Shown piece after piece: positions 1 through 8,711 of a stretch of 32,000 nt of DNA. Below the pieces are notes generated by a model. That model was not told the origin of the DNA, did not search any database, and saw only the letters and a program-made list of their open reading frames with translations. The stretch is from Desulfatiglandaceae bacterium (GTDB lineage: Bacteria; Desulfobacterota; DSM-4660; Desulfatiglandales; Desulfatiglandaceae): the NCBI GenBank assembly GCA_041753575.1, contig JBGSUA010000033.1, positions 58,091 to 90,090 on the forward strand. Reading direction: 5' to 3'. The translations under genes and the position numbers were made by a program. The stretch's first letter is position 1, and the number at the start of each line of letters is the position of its first letter.

Positions 1-494
1 CAGATAAGGATTGCGCTCCAGATGCCTGCACCCAGGCTGGTGTACAGGCAGAACTTAGCTATGTTCATTCTTGAAAAGCCAGCGGGGAGAGAGATAAGCT
101 GCCGAATCGCCGGGATAAGCCTTCCTATAAAGGTTGTGATGCTCCCGTGATTTTCGAAATATCTTTCAGCCTTCCTAAGGTTGGATTCGCTCAGAAGCAG
201 GAATTTCCCGTATTTCGCTATAAGTCTGTCTGCCAGCCTTCTTCCCAGATACAAGGCCATATAGTAATTTATCAGGGCTCCTGCCAGGCTTCCAAGTATT
301 GAAAAAACGAGCAGCAGAGTAAATGACAGCTTCCCCTGGTGAACAAGCATACCCTGCGGGATAAGGAGGAGTTCACTGGGCCATGGTATGAATGAACTTT
401 CTATGACCATCCAGAGAAACGTCCCCGGATATCCTACTTTAAGGGAAAAATCGAGAAAGATATTTATAATAGTGGTAAAAATATGTTCAATCAT
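1..494 (-). CDS. DedA / SNARE-associated family inner-membrane protein, C-terminus cut by window edge
   Basis: Open minus-strand frame from ATG at 494-492 to position 1; it is missing from the ORF track because it is open-ended. Hand translation MIEHIFTTIINIFLDFSLKVGYPGTFLWMVIESSFIPWPSELLLIPQGMLVHQGKLSFTLLLVFSILGSLAGALINYYMALYLGRR... shows the DedA-type G-Y-x-G...ES..IP.PSE..L..G pattern. No clear SD upstream, so the start is tentative. Confidence 0.6.
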   Translation of the reverse strand, partial: MIEHIFTTIINIFLDFSLKVGYPGTFLWMVIESSFIPWPSELLLIPQGMLVHQGKLSFTLLLVFSILGSLAGALINYYMALYLGRRLADRLIAKYGKFLLLSESNLRKAERYFENHGSITTFIGRLIPAIRQLISLPAGFSRMNIAKFCLYTSLGAGIWSAILI

Positions 495-679
495 AGTAGA
501 ATATAACTTTTATTACTAAGACTGTTCTTTTTAAGACTGAAAAGTACATAAATTAGGCCATGGAGTCAAGGCGAAAGAGGGGATTCCAAAGAGCAGCAAT
601 AAAATTGGGAACCCTCTTGGGATTTGCGCGAGGTTTTCCGCAGGGTTTTCCACGAGCAGGCTATTCCCCTCAAAGCAAC

Positions 680-708
680 ACGGGAGCAGAATGGAATCTC
701 GCTCCCGT
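680..708 (-). terminator. Candidate intrinsic terminator after the Mo-subunit gene
   Basis: Perfect 8-bp inverted repeat acgggagc (680-687) / gctcccgt (701-708) with a 13-nt loop, 42 nt past the stop at 750. On the minus strand it is followed by gttgctttg, which is only moderately T-rich. Confidence 0.3.
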
Positions 709-749
709 AACGCTTCTTTGCCGTGCCTGAGACGAATCCGGTAAAATTG

Positions 750-3110
750 TTATTCTTTCTTTTTTTCCAGATCCTTTATTGCCTTATGAACCCTTTCAGG
801 GGTGAGGGGAAGTTCCCAGACCCTTATGCCTGTCGCGTCATAGACCGCGTTTAGGATGGCCGGAATGGTCGGCATGATGGCTCCTTCGCCCACCTCCTTT
901 GCCCCGTATGGTCCGTTAGGCTCGTTGCTTTCAACTATGATGCACTCAACATTAGGCATGTCGAGGGCAGTCGGGATCTTATATTCGGCAAAATTGGGAT
1001 TCAAGATCCTCCCCTTGGCGTCAAACTTGACCTCTTCAAAGAGGGCCTCCCCAAGGCCCATTGACAGGGAGCCCTGCATCTGGCCTTCAACCGAGGTGAC
1101 ATTTATCGCGAGACCGCAGTCGTGGGCGTCGGTCATCTTGTCCACCTTGATCTGGCCTGTCTCCATATCAACGGTAACCTCCACCACCTGTGCCGACGGG
1201 CCGTAGGCTGGTGATGTGCCCACGGTCGCGCCCTTGAATGAACCCCCCAGATCCCCGGGCTTGTATTTTCCAGTGCCGACGATGCTTCCCCTGGCAAGAA
1301 AGGCTATCCTGGCCGCTTCCCTGAACTGAAGAGGTCCCTGTTCTCCAGGGTTGTCGGTAAATCCCCTGTGTTCTTTTATATAGGATCCCCTCAGGAGAGA
1401 AAAGTCGGGCTCTTTGCCCTTGAAGGTTACTACGCCACTTTTTACATCCATGTCAGAGGCAGGGACCTTGAGTTTCTCTGCCACCACTTCAAGTACCTGC
1501 CGTTTTACATCCTCTGCCGCTTGCTTCGTCGCATGGCCTGTCATGAGGGTCTGACGGCTGGAATAGGCTCCCAGATCAACTCCAAATTCAGTGTCTCCTG
1601 ATGAGACCCTGATGGAGTCAAGGCCTATTCCGAGGGTCTCAGCGGCAATCATGGCCATTGCTGTGTCGGAGCCCTGGCCGATATCGGCTGATCCTGTCAA
1701 GAGATGCGCCGTGCCGCCGTCTTCGCTCAATTTGATAATCACCGTGGAGTGGGGAGTATCTGAACGATATATGGGGTATCCCGCGCCGGATACAAAAAAG
1801 CCTGTGGCAATGCCGATGCCCTTTCCTCTGGGCATCTTCCCCTTTTTATCTTTCCAGCCTGAAACGCCTGCTACGGCCTCTATGCACTCCCTCATGCCGA
1901 AGCTGCTGGTGTTGAACTCGTTGCAGGTGATATAGCCGGCCTGCATGGAGTTCTTAAGCCTGAACTCCACCGGGTCCATGCCCAGTTCGTGGGCCATGAT
2001 ATCAAGCTGCTGTTCCCAGGCCGCCCTTGCTGCAACGCCTCCGTGCCCCCTCTGCGCTCCGCACGCGGGCCTGTTGGTATAGACCCTGTAGCCATCGTAT
2101 TTCATGTTGGAGAGCTTGTAAGGGGCTGCGAGCAGGGAGCCCGCATAATAGACGGTTGCTATGCCGAAGCTCGCGTAGGCTCCTCCTTCAAGATGACATT
2201 CATTGATGAGGGCCATGATGGTTCCGTCTTTCTTTATGCCGGTTGTAAGCTTATGCCTGAACTGATGCCTTGCCCTTGAAAAGAGAAATACCTGCTCCCG
2301 GCTGTAATTCATCTTTACGGGCCTGCCTGTCTTTTTTGAAAGAAAACAGGATGCAAGCTCCATGGTGTTGGTGCCCGCCTTGGGTCCGAATCCGCCACCG
2401 ACATAGGGCTTTACCACCCTTGCCTTGCCTATGGGGATACCGAGCACCATGGCTATGTTTCTCATTACATAGTGGGGCACCTGGGTGGAGGAATAGAGGG
2501 TGAGGAAACCGTTACGGTTGAAATCGGCGATACAGCCCTGGGGCTCAAGAAAGGCCCCGTCCTGCCTCTTGTTGACAAAGACATCCGTCCTTACCAGATC
2601 TGATTGCCTCAGCCCTTCTTCCACATTGCCGAATTCCTGATGCACCTCGGCACAGAGGTTTCCGGGGTATCTCTCCTGAACCAGGGGAGCTCCCTCTGCA
2701 AGCGCCTCTTCCATCGTGAAGACGGCCGGCAGTTCCTCATAGTCAACCTTGATGAGCGCTACAGCCTCCATGGCTGTTTCGAGATCAGTTGCGGCGACCG
2801 CTGCCACCTCATCTCCCACATATCTTACCTTGTCATGACAGAAAACCGTCTCATCATAGCGCGCGGGGCTTACGCCGTAGTGGACAAGCCCTACGTCTGC
2901 GGCCGTCAATACGGCCTTGACGCCGGGAAGTTTCCGGGCCTTCTCTGTGTCTATATTTTTGATCGCGGCATGGGCGATGGGGCTCTGGAGCAATGCGCCA
3001 TAAAGCATCCCCGGCATGGTCATGTCGTCTATGTATTTTGCCCTGCCCGAGGCCTTATCCGGCGCGTCGAGTCTGGGTGCTCTTTTGTTTATCACATTGT
3101 AATCATTCAT
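750..3110 (-). CDS. Xanthine dehydrogenase / aldehyde oxidase family molybdopterin-binding large subunit (4-hydroxybenzoyl-CoA reductase alpha-like)
   Basis: ORF 750..3215, trimmed to the ATG at 3110 (MNDYNVINKRAPRLDAPDKASGRAKYIDD is the typical family N-terminus). ATGAATGA overlap with the upstream 2Fe-2S subunit stop. About 786 aa, with the C-terminal catalytic Glu motif AKEVGEGAIMPTIPAI. Confidence 0.85.
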   Translation of the reverse strand: MNDYNVINKRAPRLDAPDKASGRAKYIDDMTMPGMLYGALLQSPIAHAAIKNIDTEKARKLPGVKAVLTAADVGLVHYGVSPARYDETVFCHDKVRYVGDEVAAVAATDLETAMEAVALIKVDYEELPAVFTMEEALAEGAPLVQERYPGNLCAEVHQEFGNVEEGLRQSDLVRTDVFVNKRQDGAFLEPQGCIADFNRNGFLTLYSSTQVPHYVMRNIAMVLGIPIGKARVVKPYVGGGFGPKAGTNTMELASCFLSKKTGRPVKMNYSREQVFLFSRARHQFRHKLTTGIKKDGTIMALINECHLEGGAYASFGIATVYYAGSLLAAPYKLSNMKYDGYRVYTNRPACGAQRGHGGVAARAAWEQQLDIMAHELGMDPVEFRLKNSMQAGYITCNEFNTSSFGMRECIEAVAGVSGWKDKKGKMPRGKGIGIATGFFVSGAGYPIYRSDTPHSTVIIKLSEDGGTAHLLTGSADIGQGSDTAMAMIAAETLGIGLDSIRVSSGDTEFGVDLGAYSSRQTLMTGHATKQAAEDVKRQVLEVVAEKLKVPASDMDVKSGVVTFKGKEPDFSLLRGSYIKEHRGFTDNPGEQGPLQFREAARIAFLARGSIVGTGKYKPGDLGGSFKGATVGTSPAYGPSAQVVEVTVDMETGQIKVDKMTDAHDCGLAINVTSVEGQMQGSLSMGLGEALFEEVKFDAKGRILNPNFAEYKIPTALDMPNVECIIVESNEPNGPYGAKEVGEGAIMPTIPAILNAVYDATGIRVWELPLTPERVHKAIKDLEKKKE

Positions 3111-3579
3111 TTTTGACTCCTGTATGCGCAGCAGAGGCAATGGCCTCGACGATCTTTTGATAACCGGTGCATCTGCAAAGATTTCCAGAGATGGCGGTCC
3201 TGATCTGCTCTTCATCAGGCGACGGGATTTTATCCAGCAGGGCTTTGGCCGAAAGGATCATCCCGGGCGAACAGAATCCGCACTGGATTGCGCCCTTTTC
3301 AACAAAGGCCTTCTGGATGGGATGCATCCCGCTATCGGTCTCTATCCCCTCAATAGTCGTAATGGAGCTGCCGTCGGCCCTTACGGCAAGAACCAGACAG
3401 GAGTTTACGGGCCGGCCGTCCAGAATTACGGTGCATGAACCGCATTCCCCGATCTCGCATCCCTTTTTTGTCCCGGTCAGGCCCAGCTCGTAACGCAAGA
3501 GATCCGCGAGGGTCTGATTAGGGCTTACGGCAAGCTCAAAGGCCTTGCCGTTAATGGTCGTTTTTATGAGCCGTTTCAT
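3103..3579 (-). CDS. [2Fe-2S]-binding small subunit of the XDH-family enzyme (CoxS/HcrC-like)
   Basis: 158 aa. Both 2Fe-2S motifs are present: CEIGECGSCTV and CGFCSPG...CRCTGY. AGGAGA SD about 6 nt before the ATG at 3579. Confidence 0.9.
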   Translation of the reverse strand: MKRLIKTTINGKAFELAVSPNQTLADLLRYELGLTGTKKGCEIGECGSCTVILDGRPVNSCLVLAVRADGSSITTIEGIETDSGMHPIQKAFVEKGAIQCGFCSPGMILSAKALLDKIPSPDEEQIRTAISGNLCRCTGYQKIVEAIASAAHTGVKNE

Positions 3580-3621
3580 CTGAGTCTCCTAACTTGTAGT
3601 TTTTCCACTAGATACATTCAG

Positions 3622-4497
3622 TTATTCAGCGACCCGCTTCATCGCTGTATCCAGACTCCGTCTTGTGAGAACTATAACCATATCCCTTCTGTACTCCGCC
3701 GATCCCCTGAAGTCGTCAATAGGTCTCGCGTCCCTGGCTGCTGCCTTGGCCGCCCTTTCAAAGAGGGAAGCTGAAGGCTTCTGCCCAATCAGGACCGCTT
3801 CAGCGGATGAGGCCCGTAAGGGGATGGGCCCGACTGCGCCAAGTGCTATACGCGCCGCCTTTATCGGGCCTTCAGGAGATTCAAGGCTTATGAAGGCCGC
3901 TGCGCTCACAAGGGATATCTCCAGCGCCCGCCTCATCCCCAGCTTGATATAAGAAGCCCCGGAAAAGGGAGGCGGCTGGTCAATGATGATCTCGGAGAGG
4001 ATCTCTCCTTCCTTCATAAGGGTTTTCCCGGGTCCGGTAAAGAACTCTTCAATAGGGATGATTCGCGATCTTCCTTTTCTGTTCAGTTTGACCCTGGCTC
4101 CGTAAACCATAAGGGGGGGGGGCATGTCCGCGGCCGGCCGAGCTGAGGCAATATTTCCGCCAACGGTCGCAAGGTTTCTTACAAGCGGACTTCCAAGGCT
4201 TGACGCCCCGTCAGACAGGGCAGTAAGGCTCTTGTTTATAATGGGGCTGGCAGCGATGTCGGCGATGTTCATGAAACAGCCCAGGCTGAAATCCTTCGAG
4301 TCTTGCTTCAAGGCGGCAAGCTCCTTGATCCGCCCGAGGAAGACGACGTGCTGGGGTCTGATGAGGTTCTTTTTCATGTTGACCAGAAGATCCGTGCCGC
4401 CCGCAAGGGGCCTTGCGCTCTGGCCCAGCTCGGCCATCAGAGCGCACGCATCTGAAAGCTTCCTGGGCTCATGGTATTCAAATTTGGGTAACAACAT
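3622..4497 (-). CDS. FAD-binding medium subunit of the XDH-family enzyme (CoxM/HcrB-like)
   Basis: ORF 3622..4608, trimmed to the ATG at 4497 (MLLPKFEYHEPRKLSDA...). Motifs AGGTDLLV and TVGGNIASARPAAD. 291 aa. The start overlaps the ubiX 3' end by 20 nt. Confidence 0.8.
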   Translation of the reverse strand: MLLPKFEYHEPRKLSDACALMAELGQSARPLAGGTDLLVNMKKNLIRPQHVVFLGRIKELAALKQDSKDFSLGCFMNIADIAASPIINKSLTALSDGASSLGSPLVRNLATVGGNIASARPAADMPPPLMVYGARVKLNRKGRSRIIPIEEFFTGPGKTLMKEGEILSEIIIDQPPPFSGASYIKLGMRRALEISLVSAAAFISLESPEGPIKAARIALGAVGPIPLRASSAEAVLIGQKPSASLFERAAKAAARDARPIDDFRGSAEYRRDMVIVLTRRSLDTAMKRVAE

Positions 4498-5083
4498 TGT
4501 TTTTGCTCCTGTTCTCCTGAATGTCTTCACCCCATCGAGCGAAGAGGTCATGGTCAATGCCCAGGTAATCAAAGATCTTTCCAACTGTCTGAGAAATGAT
4601 GTCGTCAATGCTTTTGGGCTTGTGATAAAAAGACGGTATAGGAGGAAGGATATGCGCGCCCATGTCTGCCGCCATGGTCATGAGTCTGAGATGGCCTTTG
4701 TGCAAGGGGGTCTCCCTGACCACCAGGACGAGCTTTCTTCCTTCCTTCAGATGTACATCTGCGGCCCTTACCATGAGGTTCGAGGTATAGGAATTGGCTA
4801 TGCCTGAGAGGGTCTTTACTGTGCACGGTATGATCACCATGGCCTCAGTCAGAAAAGATCCGCTTGCCAGCGCCGCTCCGACATCCTGATTGTCATAAGT
4901 GCGGTGGGCCATGGCAAGGACGTCCTTCACCTGATAATCTGTTTCGATCTCAATGTTCCTTCTGCCGGCCTCAGATATGACGAGATGTATCTCCCTGCCG
5001 CTTTCCCTGAGGAGTTCAAGCATCCTGATGCCATAGATGACTCCGCTTGCCCCGGAGATCCCTATAACAAGCCTCTTTTTCAT
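4478..5083 (-). CDS. ubiX: UbiX-type flavin prenyltransferase (makes prenyl-FMN for UbiD enzymes)
   Basis: 201 aa. N-terminus MKKRLVIGISGASGVIYGIRMLELL, then the central VIIPCTVKTLSGIANSY motif typical of UbiX/Pad1. Confidence 0.9.
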   Translation of the reverse strand: MKKRLVIGISGASGVIYGIRMLELLRESGREIHLVISEAGRRNIEIETDYQVKDVLAMAHRTYDNQDVGAALASGSFLTEAMVIIPCTVKTLSGIANSYTSNLMVRAADVHLKEGRKLVLVVRETPLHKGHLRLMTMAADMGAHILPPIPSFYHKPKSIDDIISQTVGKIFDYLGIDHDLFARWGEDIQENRSKNNVVTQI

Positions 5084-5099
5084 TATAAGTCCTTACAAG

Positions 5100-6344
5100 C
5101 TACTCCTGGCCCTGTGAGGCCTTTGGAAAGATGGACAGACATGCGTCAATAACGGCCTCGGCAAATTCAGGCTCTTCCATGTTCGCATCAATGACAGAGA
5201 CCAATGTATCCTTTTTCAGCTTAGCCCTCAACTCCTCCACGAATATCATATCCTCAAGGGGGTCGAATGTGGGATTGCCGGGGACATCCACTGAAGACCA
5301 TCCGCGACCTGGGATCATCACCCTGACAGGTCCCTTGGCCTTGTTGAGTTTTTCAACAAAGACGCGAGCCACCTCCCGCAGTTCCGAAGGAGAGATCCTG
5401 AGCCAGGTCCTGAGCTTATCCAGATCATATTTTCTCCTCCCTGCGTGCTCCGGCGTATAGGTTGAGCGGGAAGGCGTTATGTGGTTCACGCTGCATGTGG
5501 AGATAATCTGAGGGATTCCAACCTTGCCCGCTGCCTCCATTCTCTTCGGACCCGCGTCGCGCATGAAGCCGAAGAGGTTTTCCCCCACGCCTCCGGGCGC
5601 CAGATCCACCACGCCCTGAAAGAAACCCTCTTCGATCATTTCCTCCATTGCCCTGTCGCATACGCCTGCCGCGTGAAAGCCTATGACCTGATAGCCTTTA
5701 TCCTCAAGGGCCTGCTGAACCCTGTGACCGCATGAATCGCATGGCCCAAGCATGGTGAGGGCGATTGCCTTTCCCTTAGGGGCCCTTGGAAATACGGCCT
5801 CTCCCTTGAGCATACCGGCCATTGCGCCTGCGGCACGGTCCAGGACGTTTTTGAGGAGATTGGAAAGTCCCGACAGCTCTATCACGGTATGAAAGAGCAT
5901 GATATCGCCGGTCCCTATGAACCGCGTTGAAAGCCCGGGCAGGGCCGCGGCCGATGAGACCATGATCTTGGGTATTCCAAAGGGAAGAGACCTCATTATC
6001 TCGGTGGCCATGAGGGAGCCAGTCGCCCCTCCTATGGCCATGATTCCGTTTAGATCGCCCTTTTTCCAGATACGCAGGGCAATAGCTGATCCGCCCTTTA
6101 TGAAGGCGCTGGTGGATTTGGATCTTTCCCTTGAGCTTCTTATCTCATCAATTGATTGGCCTGCCGCTTCGGCCACATCCGAGGGAGTAATGTCGGCCTT
6201 GACGGAAGCGCTCCCGCGCATGGAAAGATCCATCAGGATCGGTTCAAGGCCGAGGGAAGCTGTCTTCTCCTTGAGATAAAGCGTTTCTCTTGCCTTTGTA
6301 TCGAGGGTTGATATAACAAGGACTTTCAAGGAAGGGTCCGCCAT
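5100..6344 (-). CDS. UPF0261 / Tm-1-like ATP-binding domain protein (paralogue 1)
   Basis: 414 aa. N-terminus VLVISTLDTKARETLYLKE, then IGGATGSLMATEIMRSLPFGIPKIMVSS. Its ATG shares one base with the ligase stop (TGATG at 6346-6342), suggesting translational coupling. Confidence 0.75.
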   Translation of the reverse strand: MADPSLKVLVISTLDTKARETLYLKEKTASLGLEPILMDLSMRGSASVKADITPSDVAEAAGQSIDEIRSSRERSKSTSAFIKGGSAIALRIWKKGDLNGIMAIGGATGSLMATEIMRSLPFGIPKIMVSSAAALPGLSTRFIGTGDIMLFHTVIELSGLSNLLKNVLDRAAGAMAGMLKGEAVFPRAPKGKAIALTMLGPCDSCGHRVQQALEDKGYQVIGFHAAGVCDRAMEEMIEEGFFQGVVDLAPGGVGENLFGFMRDAGPKRMEAAGKVGIPQIISTCSVNHITPSRSTYTPEHAGRRKYDLDKLRTWLRISPSELREVARVFVEKLNKAKGPVRVMIPGRGWSSVDVPGNPTFDPLEDMIFVEELRAKLKKDTLVSVIDANMEEPEFAEAVIDACLSIFPKASQGQE

Positions 6345-7999
6345 CAGACCTGTCCTCCGGCGATCTTATCCTCAATCTGCTTTCTGAGGATCTTTTTGTC
6401 TATCTTGCCTGAGTCACCGACAATCGGAAAAGCGTCCATAATGACCAGCTTTTCTGGTAGTTTGAACATGGCAAGCTTCTTGGATTTCAGGAAATCAACC
6501 ATCTCCTGGAAGCTGATGGTCTTGCCTGCCTTGGGTATAACGCACGCACATGCCCTCTCACCCATCTCCCTGTCAGGATAGCCCACTATTGCAACGGAGG
6601 CGACAGACGGGTGCTCGTTCAGAAGTCCCTCCGTCTCGGCCGGATAGATGTTCTGGCCGCCTCGGATGATCATGTCCTTGGCCCGCCCAAGGATCCAGAG
6701 GCAGCCCTGATCGAATTTGACAATATCTCCGGTAGTGGTCCATCCGTCAGGATCAAAGACCGTGCTGGTAAGTTTCTCGTCCCTGTAATATCCGGCAGGG
6801 GCGTGAGGTCCCCTGAAGTAGAGTATGCCTGGTTCTCCTTCAGGGACTGGGTCTCCCTTCTCATCAACAAGCCTTACCACGTTGCCGGGGAGCATCCTCC
6901 CAACGGTTCTTCTTCTGAGTTCTTTGGGATCTTCCACCCTGCAGCCGGAAACAGAGCCCATGTCCTGGGTGCCCAGATCGCTGGTAATGGAGGCTCCGAA
7001 AGCCTCTTCCGCCTCTTCGGCCACCTGGGGCGACAGATACCCTCCCGCGGAGCGTATGAATCTCAGACTCGAGAGATCATACTTTTTCGCGTCCGCCTCA
7101 AGCATCCTGACAAGATGTGTGGGAACCACGCCGATGGCCGTAGCTCTCTCTTTTTCAATGAGAGAGAGGGCCGCATCAGGGGAGAACTCCTCAAGCATGA
7201 CGGTCTTTGCTCCCGCAAGGGGGGCGGCGAAGTAGGTAAGCGTTCCGGCAGCTCCTCCCGCGTGCGGCGCTATTGCCATAGTTATGTCATCCTTAGTGAG
7301 ATTCCATATATCAACCCGTGCCTTGGAAGTGCATATCCTGGGCGCCATCGGCCATTCGACAAGCTTTGGGAGGCCGGTTGTTCCGGTGGTGCTTGTAAGA
7401 AGGCCGACATTCCAGATGGGGTCCAGTTTTCTGGCCAGCAGGGCCGCTTCGTCTATCTTTCTTGAAGCCCTCTCCCTGGCGATCTTTGTGAGGGAATAGG
7501 TTCCATGCGGGGCTTTTTCAGGCACTTCGTCGTCAAAGAGGAAAAAGTGCTTCAGGGACGGGAACCGCTTTCTCAGGCTGCTATACATATCCAGGTAATC
7601 AAAACCCCTGTACACGGAAGGTATCACAACCGCTGAGGCCTCCGTGCGCTCTACCATATACTCCAGTTCTTTTTCTCTCAGGTACGGATAGACCGTGAGT
7701 GATATCAGGCCAGCCCTTTCGCTTGCTATCCTGGAAAGAAATCCGTAAACGCTGTTTGGGGACTGGATGATGATGCGGGCGAATTTTGGTATCCCCATCT
7801 CGGCCCAGGAGATGGCTATCGCGTCAACAAGCCTCTTAGCCTCGGCCCAGGTGACCCTGTATCTTGAGTCAACAAGGGCCTCTCTGTCTCCGAGGTTTTT
7901 CGCGTTTCTGTCGTAAAAATCATAGAAGGTCTCTTTTGTCCAGTAACCTTTTGCCAAGAATTCGCTTACCATCTTTTCGGTATAACGAATGGGTTTCAC
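6344..7999 (-). CDS. AMP-dependent aryl-/acyl-CoA ligase (adenylate-forming superfamily)
   Basis: 551 aa. GTG start preceded by GGAGGT. AMP-binding P-loop variant TSTTGTTGLPK, then GYYRD, TGD and a C-terminal GKIDKK Lys motif. Substrate cannot be read from the sequence. Confidence 0.85.
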   Translation of the reverse strand: MKPIRYTEKMVSEFLAKGYWTKETFYDFYDRNAKNLGDREALVDSRYRVTWAEAKRLVDAIAISWAEMGIPKFARIIIQSPNSVYGFLSRIASERAGLISLTVYPYLREKELEYMVERTEASAVVIPSVYRGFDYLDMYSSLRKRFPSLKHFFLFDDEVPEKAPHGTYSLTKIARERASRKIDEAALLARKLDPIWNVGLLTSTTGTTGLPKLVEWPMAPRICTSKARVDIWNLTKDDITMAIAPHAGGAAGTLTYFAAPLAGAKTVMLEEFSPDAALSLIEKERATAIGVVPTHLVRMLEADAKKYDLSSLRFIRSAGGYLSPQVAEEAEEAFGASITSDLGTQDMGSVSGCRVEDPKELRRRTVGRMLPGNVVRLVDEKGDPVPEGEPGILYFRGPHAPAGYYRDEKLTSTVFDPDGWTTTGDIVKFDQGCLWILGRAKDMIIRGGQNIYPAETEGLLNEHPSVASVAIVGYPDREMGERACACVIPKAGKTISFQEMVDFLKSKKLAMFKLPEKLVIMDAFPIVGDSGKIDKKILRKQIEDKIAGGQV

Positions 8000-8090
8000 T
8001 TTGCACCTCCATTTTCCGTTGATGGAAATATTTTGATGAACAGCGGTTTGCTGCAGTCAGTAGGAAAAATCCCCTCCTGATGCATTTTCT

Positions 8091-8612
8091 TCATTTGTTT
8101 TCCTGGTCTTTTCTTGCCCTGATGCTTGATCTAAATGTATCCCAGAAGGCCCTGTCGGTATTCTGCCAGGCCGCCCCCCACCTTCTTTCAAAATAGGAGG
8201 AAGGCAGTTTCTCTTCCCAGTATTTCCATGTGCTTTCGCCCTGTCTCCGCGCCTTAAGGACATCAATGAGGAATTCTTCTATCCTGCTGAGTTCTTCCTT
8301 TGGGATATAGGAATCGGCGCCTTGCTTTATGGATCTGGCAAGGTTGTCAGGGGTGAAAGCATGGGCTGTCAGCATAACCGTAGGAATGTTTTTCTTCTTG
8401 GCTATTTCAAGCAGTCCGTAGCCATCTACTCCCATGATATCCAGTACGGCAAGATCAAGGTCCTGAGTTTCAATGGCCTTTTTTGCCTCGGCGTAGCTTG
8501 ATGCCTTAATGAGCTGGGCCATTGAAAGAAGCTCTCCAAGAATCTCAAGGATATCAGGCTCATCATCAACTGCCAGGATCCGCAATCCATCCAAAACACT
8601 GCCTTCGGCCAT
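8091..8612 (-). CDS. Stand-alone response-regulator receiver protein with a short Trp-rich tail
   Basis: ORF 8091..8675 starts at a TTG. I prefer the ATG at 8612, which has GGAGAG 6 nt upstream. REC motifs ILAVDDEPDILE, DLAVLDIMGVDG and TVMLTAHA. No DNA-binding output domain recognised. Confidence 0.75.
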   Translation of the reverse strand: MAEGSVLDGLRILAVDDEPDILEILGELLSMAQLIKASSYAEAKKAIETQDLDLAVLDIMGVDGYGLLEIAKKKNIPTVMLTAHAFTPDNLARSIKQGADSYIPKEELSRIEEFLIDVLKARRQGESTWKYWEEKLPSSYFERRWGAAWQNTDRAFWDTFRSSIRARKDQENK

Positions 8613-8711
8613 TTCTGTCTCTCCTGACTTAACGTTAATATGCGCGGGGTTTGGGCCGGACTTCAAGGAGACCAAAACCCCGCTTAACAGGTCATCTTTG
8701 TCCCGTGATGT

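Noticed and set aside
3111-3215. N-terminal extensions offered by the ORF track: 750..3215, and likewise 3622..4608, 8091..8675, 8712..10127, 11675..13582, 16877..18619 and 19457..21142.
   Set aside because: The extra residues (for example MKSRSGPPSLEIFADAPVIKRSS...) are not family-like. They overlap the upstream gene and often begin at TTG. Internal ATG or GTG codons with good SD sequences coincide with the canonical family N-termini.
750-4497. Naming the three XDH-family genes hcrABC (4-hydroxybenzoyl-CoA reductase) outright.
   Set aside because: The context fits. However, the FAD subunit lacks the extra Cys-rich FeS insertion characteristic of the studied enzyme, and substrate specificity cannot be read from motifs. 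I kept the label at HcrA/B/C-like with no gene symbols.
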